Shown here in pieces: positions 50,191 through 55,441 of a stretch of DNA of 55,441 nt (position 1 is the stretch's first letter; every line of letters starts with the position of its first letter). Source of the stretch: Brevinematales bacterium (GTDB lineage Bacteria > Spirochaetota > Brevinematia > Brevinematales > JAOACQ01). The DNA is taken from positions 1-55,441 of the forward strand of contig JAOACQ010000104.1 of NCBI GenBank assembly GCA_026417755.1, written 5' to 3'. A program made the translations under genes and the position numbers. Below the pieces are notes generated by a model, which ran no database searches, had not been told where the DNA came from, and was given only the letters and a program-made list of their open reading frames with translations.

Positions 50191-51144
50191 TTAGGTATCA
50201 TATATAGAATACAATATTTTATTGGAAAATGTCAACTTTATTTGCTCAATAATTTTATGATACATTTCTTTATCTGTTCTGATTTTTAAATCTGAAAATA
50301 AAGACAGAATTTTTTTTAAGTATTTCTGATTCATTCTGAAGGGACCACAACTTATGTCTAAAATTTTGCTAATATCTATTGAGAGGGAAATTTTTTTAAA
50401 AAATTTTTCATAAATCTTGATACTATCTGTTGTTATTATGGGGTCAAATACTAATCTAACTTTCCAACCTTTTTCTATTGCTTTATTTATAGCAAAAAGA
50501 CGATTTTTTAAAGGAGGGGTAGAATTTTCAAATTCTTTAATTATTTCATCTGGCAGTAATGACCATGCAAGGATTAAATTATCCAGTGGTTTTAAATGCT
50601 CAATAGAAGAAAAATTTGAACTTTTTGTTCTGATTTCTGTTGTAATGTTTTTGTGTTTTGAAAGAAAGTTGTGAAATTTATGAATAAATCCGCAGATATT
50701 TTCAAATGATAGTAAATCAGTGTCATAAGAAAGAAATAATAGAAAATTTCCATTTTGTTCTTCTTTTTCAAGCTCCAGGAAAAAATCTTCGATGTTTAAA
50801 AAAAATACAATGTTTGCCGAATCATACATACCTTTTAGGAAACAATATGAACAATCAAAAAGACAATTAAGAATAATGGATGTATAAAAACTTCTTTCAA
50901 AACCAAAATTTTGACAATATGGAGGATTTGGATAAAGAAATTTGCCATTTTTTTTGGCTAAGATTAATGATGGATTTTTTTTCTGAAAAGCAAAAGATTG
51001 TTTTTTTCTCCCAAAAATTTCAAGATAATTATCAATATAGATTATTTCTGAGTCGCTAAACTTTTCTAATATGTCCTTTGTCTTGTCTTTTATGTTTTTT
51101 TCTACATAAATATGTTTAAAGCAAACGGTTTTTAAGGCTTTCAT
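50191..51144 (-). CDS. spore-photoproduct-lyase (SPL) family radical SAM protein
   Basis: CLFDCSYC = CxxxCxxC cluster motif in the context FYTSIILNCLFDCSYCFLKGMY. The N-terminal IYVEK...IL..F pattern is typical of SplB-like proteins. Confidence 0.75.
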   Translation of the reverse strand: MKALKTVCFKHIYVEKNIKDKTKDILEKFSDSEIIYIDNYLEIFGRKKQSFAFQKKNPSLILAKKNGKFLYPNPPYCQNFGFERSFYTSIILNCLFDCSYCFLKGMYDSANIVFFLNIEDFFLELEKEEQNGNFLLFLSYDTDLLSFENICGFIHKFHNFLSKHKNITTEIRTKSSNFSSIEHLKPLDNLILAWSLLPDEIIKEFENSTPPLKNRLFAINKAIEKGWKVRLVFDPIITTDSIKIYEKFFKKISLSIDISKILDISCGPFRMNQKYLKKILSLFSDLKIRTDKEMYHKIIEQIKLTFSNKILYSIYDT

Positions 51145-51934
51145 AAGTTTTTTTTCTTTCTTGTTTTGATGTTATTTTATATTTTAAAAAATCTTCCAAT
51201 TCTTTGGTAGAGAATCCTTTTTTTACTTTGGCAAATTTGTAAAGATTGAAAAATTCTTTTTTCATATATTCTGTCAATTTTAAGTTTTCTGAAATTTTAA
51301 TTAAAAAATCTTTTTCTATATTTGAAATTAATATTTTTTGTTCGTATTGAGAAAATTCTTGTAAAATAGTTATAATTTGATTTATATTATCCAGATTTTT
51401 TTCTATAATTTTTGAAATAAAATCTTTTGTTATATGTTTGACATTTAGGTGATCTGAAACAATTTTCAGAACGTGAGATCTATGGGGAGGCATAAAAAAT
51501 TGGGCTGCTTCTAGAAAATAGGCACTTTCCATATCAATAAGGTCCCCTTCTGAAATAAGATTTTGAGAGGTGATAACCTTTCCAAAACTTTCTATTGAAT
51601 TTTCTTTAAGGACGTGATTGAATATAATGTCAGGGTAAAATTTTTTGCCAGAATCATTTTGAATAGCTTTGTTAATTAAAAAGATTTCACCAATGTTTAT
51701 TAAGTTGTTTTTTGCTCCACAGATTCCAACAAGTAGAAAATAAGCTTCTTTTTCTTGTGCAAATAAAAATGAAAAGACAGAAGCAACTTTAATTCCTCCT
51801 ACCCCGGCTATGGAAAGAGATAAATTATCTGACGTGAAATGTTCAAATTCTGTTGTGTTGAAATTTTTTTTTAGCTTAAAATATTCTATAATTGGGGTTG
51901 CTTCTGGATGTAAAGATGTTAAAATATGCACCAT
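51116..51934 (-). CDS. nucleoside phosphorylase/nucleosidase-superfamily (MTA/SAH-nucleosidase-like) protein with a ~90-aa C-terminal extension
   Basis: GVGGIKVA, LLVGICGA and DMESAYF resemble MtnN/Pfs-type motifs. The 3' end overlaps the radical SAM gene start by 29 nt. Confidence 0.6.
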   Translation of the reverse strand: MVHILTSLHPEATPIIEYFKLKKNFNTTEFEHFTSDNLSLSIAGVGGIKVASVFSFLFAQEKEAYFLLVGICGAKNNLINIGEIFLINKAIQNDSGKKFYPDIIFNHVLKENSIESFGKVITSQNLISEGDLIDMESAYFLEAAQFFMPPHRSHVLKIVSDHLNVKHITKDFISKIIEKNLDNINQIITILQEFSQYEQKILISNIEKDFLIKISENLKLTEYMKKEFFNLYKFAKVKKGFSTKELEDFLKYKITSKQERKKTYESLKNRLL

Positions 51935-52024
51935 AGTTATTTATCTTAACATAAAAAAAAGAGTTTTGCAAAAAAGAAAGATATGCAACTTATAAGAAGG
52001 CTAATTTATTTTATTGTGTATCAT

Positions 52025-52291
52025 TCTAATCTTTAACCATTTCATAGAAAGCCAATTCTAATTTCTCCTTATAAATATGCAATGAACCATCAAGCCACCT
52101 TTTAACTAATACTTTGTCACCGACCTTTATATTAATCTTTTAGTTTCTTACTAATTGATATATTCTATTATTACTTTTTCCATCATAGTCTCTATTTATC
52201 TTTCTCTTCTTACAGAAACTTTTTATTTTATTCAGACAATTCAGAGACAAAAGTATGTCCAAATCCTTACACATCTTTATCAACTCTACCA
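52025..52291 (-). pseudogene. possible degraded gene remnant (transposase/integrase C-terminus-like), two frames
   Basis: Minus strand: ...KKRKINRDYDGKSNNRIYQLVRN* (stop 52141..52139). In the next frame: KINIKVGDKVLVKRWLDGSLHIYKEKLELAFYEMVKD* (stop 52027..52025). No long ORF anywhere in the 446-bp gap. Confidence 0.3.
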
Positions 52292-52380
52292 TTTGCAATC
52301 CCTTCTTATTTAAGATCGCAAGTACTATAAAGTGAGATTCCTATTTTTCTATTGTTTGATATTTTAAAATAAAGTCAACG

Positions 52381-52923
52381 TTAAAATTGTTTATTATTAT
52401 TTTTTTTCGATTCAGGTTTTTCAACTACTACTGATAAAGTAATAAAATCATGAAGTCTCTGTTTATAAACTGGATTTATCACAAAAATTAAAGGTAGGTA
52501 AAATAAATTTCCAGAGAAATATAATATAAAAGCCCTTAAAAAAGCAGTTAAAAAGCCTAATTTTCTCATTTTTATATCTATTACATAGATTTTCATTATT
52601 TTTGCTCCAATAGTTTGGGCTATACCACCCCAAAGAACCCCAAAATATGAAACATAAATAATAGTAAACGCAAAGTTGATATTAAAATAATTTCGTCTTA
52701 AAAAATCAAGATAAAGTTTAGAGGGGTTTTCAGAATCAAAGATAATTTTTAATTCTTCGCTAAATACTATATTAATAGTTATAAAAAAAATTATACCTAA
52801 AACAATAGAATCAATCAAAAAAGATAAAAATCTTTTCCACCCAGGAGCAAATTTTAAAGGGACAATATTCTTTTCTTCTTGTTTTATATCTACTTCTTCT
52901 TTAATTTCCATTTCATTCCTCAA
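52381..52923 (-). CDS. RDD-family membrane protein
   Basis: WKRFLSFLIDSIVLGII ... QRLHDFITLSVVV, with three TM segments. Confidence 0.75.
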   Translation of the reverse strand: MRNEMEIKEEVDIKQEEKNIVPLKFAPGWKRFLSFLIDSIVLGIIFFITINIVFSEELKIIFDSENPSKLYLDFLRRNYFNINFAFTIIYVSYFGVLWGGIAQTIGAKIMKIYVIDIKMRKLGFLTAFLRAFILYFSGNLFYLPLIFVINPVYKQRLHDFITLSVVVEKPESKKNNNKQF

Positions 52924-53807
52924 TCTCTTAATGCTTTTTCGATGATTTTTAAAATTTCTTCATACTTTTGTTTTGTTTTTTTAATTATATCTTCAGGCAA
53001 TATTGGTGGGGGAGGAGTTTTGTCCCATTTTATTGAATCAAGATAATCTCTCAAAAATTGTTTATCAAAACTTATTGGATTTTCTCCAGCCTTATATGTT
53101 TCAGCATCCCAGTATCTTGAAGAATCTGGAGTGAGAACTTCATCAACAAGAATAAGGTTTCCTTTCTCATCAATGCCAAACTCAAACTTTGTATCGGCAA
53201 GTATTATTCCATTTTTTTCCATTTTTTCAGAGGCGAATTTATATATTTGAATCGAATATTTTATAATTTCATCGGCAATATTCTTGCCTACAACTTTAAC
53301 AAATTTTTCGTAGTTTATATTTTCATCATGCCCTGTTTCAGCTTTTGTCGCTGGTGTAAATATTGGCTCTGGTAGTTTATCTGCAAGTTTTAAGTCTTGC
53401 TTCAATTTTATCCCGCCAGCTGTAGAAAATTTTTTATATTCATTATAAACACTTCCAAATAAATACCCCCTTACCACACATTCTACAGGAAGCCTATTAA
53501 CCTTTTTTACTAGAACTGACCTTTCATTTACCCCTTCATAATTTCTTAAAAAAGGTAATTTTTCTATAGGATTTGTTGACATAATATGATTAGGCAAAAA
53601 TTTTATTTTCTCAAACCATAAATTTGATATTTTATTTAAAATTATACCTTTCCCTGGTATCGGTTCATTAAAAACAACATCAAAAGCAGAAATCCTATCT
53701 GTCGTTACAACCAACCATTCTTCTTTAGAAACTTCATATATATCTCTTACTTTTCCCTTAAACAGAAATTTTAGTTCTTTTATATTTGTCTCTCTTACTA
53801 TTGACAT
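52920..53807 (-). CDS. purC: phosphoribosylaminoimidazole-succinocarboxamide (SAICAR) synthase
   Basis: GKVRDIY, TDRISAFD, and LADTKFEFG motifs. Confidence 0.95.
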   Translation of the reverse strand: MSIVRETNIKELKFLFKGKVRDIYEVSKEEWLVVTTDRISAFDVVFNEPIPGKGIILNKISNLWFEKIKFLPNHIMSTNPIEKLPFLRNYEGVNERSVLVKKVNRLPVECVVRGYLFGSVYNEYKKFSTAGGIKLKQDLKLADKLPEPIFTPATKAETGHDENINYEKFVKVVGKNIADEIIKYSIQIYKFASEKMEKNGIILADTKFEFGIDEKGNLILVDEVLTPDSSRYWDAETYKAGENPISFDKQFLRDYLDSIKWDKTPPPPILPEDIIKKTKQKYEEILKIIEKALRD

Positions 53808-53859
53808 AAACCACCCTGATAAAACAATAAATTATAATTGGTAAGATAAAATTAATCAA

Positions 53860-54603
53860 TTAATCTCTTACTTTATCAGATGCTATAGCTACCAGTTTTT
53901 TTGCCACTATATAATCTCCAGAAATTATGTTTCTGACACCTATCATTCTTAATTTTTCCATTGTTTTTTCATCTATCACAAAACTTACAATATTTATATC
54001 AGGATTAAGCTTTTTTGCTGTCAAAGATATAAATAAAGTTCGAACATCATCTCTTACACAGCAAATGAGTGCTTTTGCTCTTTCTATACCGGCTTTTATC
54101 AGAACCTCTTCTTCTGTGGCGTCTCCTACAATGCCAATATATTCTTTGAGGTTTAAATTGTCTAAAACTTTATTTACAACTTTTTCATCTGTATCAATGC
54201 CTATAAAATCTTCATCAAGTTCTATTAATTCTTCTATTACATAGTGGCCGATTCTACCAAGTCCGCATACTATTATATGATCTTTGAAATCTTTTAGTTT
54301 CTTTTCCATTTGTTTCCTCCTAAAATTGCCAAAAAGATATTCTTCAAGTATTGAAATACTAATCAAAGATATAATGCCTATAAAACTTATATACCCAAAT
54401 AAGGCAAAAAATATTGTAAAAATTCTCCCATTTGTTGAAAGCGGCCTAACTTCATGAAATCCAATCGTCGTAAGAACGATTATTGTCATATAAACTGAAT
54501 CAAGCAGATTCCATTTCTCAATCACTGAATAACCAAAAGTTCCAATAGAAATAAGTAAAATCAATAATGTAAACAACACAAAAAATCTTTTTCCCCTATT
54601 CAT
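53860..54603 (-). CDS. 2-TM cation channel with a cytoplasmic RCK/TrkA-N domain (potassium-channel family, atypical filter)
   Basis: TM1, pore helix, filter-like TTIGFHE, TM2, then a Rossmann IIVCGLGRIGH RCK N-domain. Confidence 0.8.
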   Translation of the reverse strand: MNRGKRFFVLFTLLILLISIGTFGYSVIEKWNLLDSVYMTIIVLTTIGFHEVRPLSTNGRIFTIFFALFGYISFIGIISLISISILEEYLFGNFRRKQMEKKLKDFKDHIIVCGLGRIGHYVIEELIELDEDFIGIDTDEKVVNKVLDNLNLKEYIGIVGDATEEEVLIKAGIERAKALICCVRDDVRTLFISLTAKKLNPDINIVSFVIDEKTMEKLRMIGVRNIISGDYIVAKKLVAIASDKVRD

Positions 54604-55441
54604 TCAAGCTCCTCAACCTTTACTTTTTGCCCAAATTGTTTTATTATCAAATTTTTTAATTGAGGGTCTTTCGTAAGAAATATAAACTGCCAATTATACT
54701 TATCATAAAATCTTTTCAGTATTTTGAGCATTGTCTCAATTCTTTCTTGGTCTAACGCCATGAAAGGTTCATCAAAAATAAGAAAATTACCTATTCCGAA
54801 CTTTTTAGCAAGAAGAGTTCTGAAGGCAAGTAGAAACATATCTCTCGTTCCACTTGAGAGATGATCTATACTTCTTTTTTCTTCATATTTATCATTTAAA
54901 TAAAAATCGTCTATTTTATCTATAGATTTGATTTCTATACCCTTAAAGTGCGGGAAAAAATCACTAAACTCATCGGAAATTTCCTTAGATATTTGATTAA
55001 AAATCATTGTAACATCATTTATCATATCTGAAACTATTGATGAGAGTTTTTGATATGCGGATTGAGATTTTATTATTTTTTTGAGATTGTTTTCCTTATC
55101 TGAGATCTCCTGTTTCAGCCGTGCATATTTATCAAGAATTTCTGTTATATTGCTTAATTTCCCTCTGTTTTCTGATATTTTACTTTTGATTTCCACAATC
55201 TCTTCTTTCTCTCTTTCGATTTCACGATACAATTTTTCTTTTTCAATATTCATTTTGTTCAGTAACCCATCCTTATAATCAGTTAGAGATATTCCTTCTG
55301 CTTCAATCTGACTTTTTCTTATTATTAAATCTTTTTTTAAATCTTCAAGACTATTAGCCTCTGGAAAGTTTGTAAAAATTTCATTTTTTAATTTTTCCAT
55401 TTGTTTCTTTAAAGAGATAGTGCTTGTTTTCTTTTCGTATA
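54600..55441 (-). CDS. SMC/SbcC/YhaN-like coiled-coil ABC-type ATPase, C-terminal part (5' end beyond the window)
   Basis: The frame stays open upstream of ATG 55400 to the window edge. Coiled-coil region, signature LSSGTRD, Walker B FLIFDEP, D-loop ALD. Its TGA overlaps the ATG of the channel gene (ATGA). Confidence 0.7.
   Translation of the reverse strand, partial: YEKKTSTISLKKQMEKLKNEIFTNFPEANSLEDLKKDLIIRKSQIEAEGISLTDYKDGLLNKMNIEKEKLYREIEREKEEIVEIKSKISENRGKLSNITEILDKYARLKQEISDKENNLKKIIKSQSAYQKLSSIVSDMINDVTMIFNQISKEISDEFSDFFPHFKGIEIKSIDKIDDFYLNDKYEEKRSIDHLSSGTRDMFLLAFRTLLAKKFGIGNFLIFDEPFMALDQERIETMLKILKRFYDKYNWQFIFLTKDPQLKNLIIKQFGQKVKVEELE

Overview
AT-rich (by eye about 30% GC) bacterial chromosomal segment, densely coding on both strands. 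I count about 55 protein genes, 2 tRNAs and no rRNA, CRISPR array or intact mobile element. Most of it is core metabolism and housekeeping. This includes ilvB-ilvN-ilvC, gap, a GapN-like aldehyde dehydrogenase, argD, purC, dxr, yidC-mnmE, cdaA-cdaR, rseP, YggS, a U32 peptidase and an SNF2 helicase. A long co-directional late-flagellar cluster runs FlgN-like, flgK, flgL, fliW, csrA, followed by a bactofilin and a STAS protein. That gene order is known from Bacillus and from the Borrelia flgK operon, but I cannot assign taxonomy from the sequence alone. I did not find a clear self-contained novel system such as a defence island. The observations I consider most worth follow-up are: (1) a near-consensus sigma-54 -24/-12 promoter directly upstream of an RpoS/RpoD-like sigma factor gene. 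That gene sits next to a PAS-PP2C phosphatase and an unknown 158-aa protein, and a tandem-GAF sigma-54 activator is encoded 6 kb away. (2) A PurN-HisC fusion ORF overlapping that activator gene. (3) An SPL-family radical SAM gene overlapping a nucleosidase-like gene. (4) A 1054-aa clostripain-like lipoprotein with recently duplicated Ig-like modules. (5) An FTR-catalytic/rubredoxin fusion with a glutaredoxin-like partner. (6) An RND pump gene interrupted by one in-frame TAG, behind a perfect 13+13 bp palindrome at its promoter. (7) An RCK K+ channel with a non-canonical TIGFHE filter. (8) A probable degraded gene remnant in an otherwise empty 446-bp gap. All functional calls come from motif recognition by eye, with no database search.
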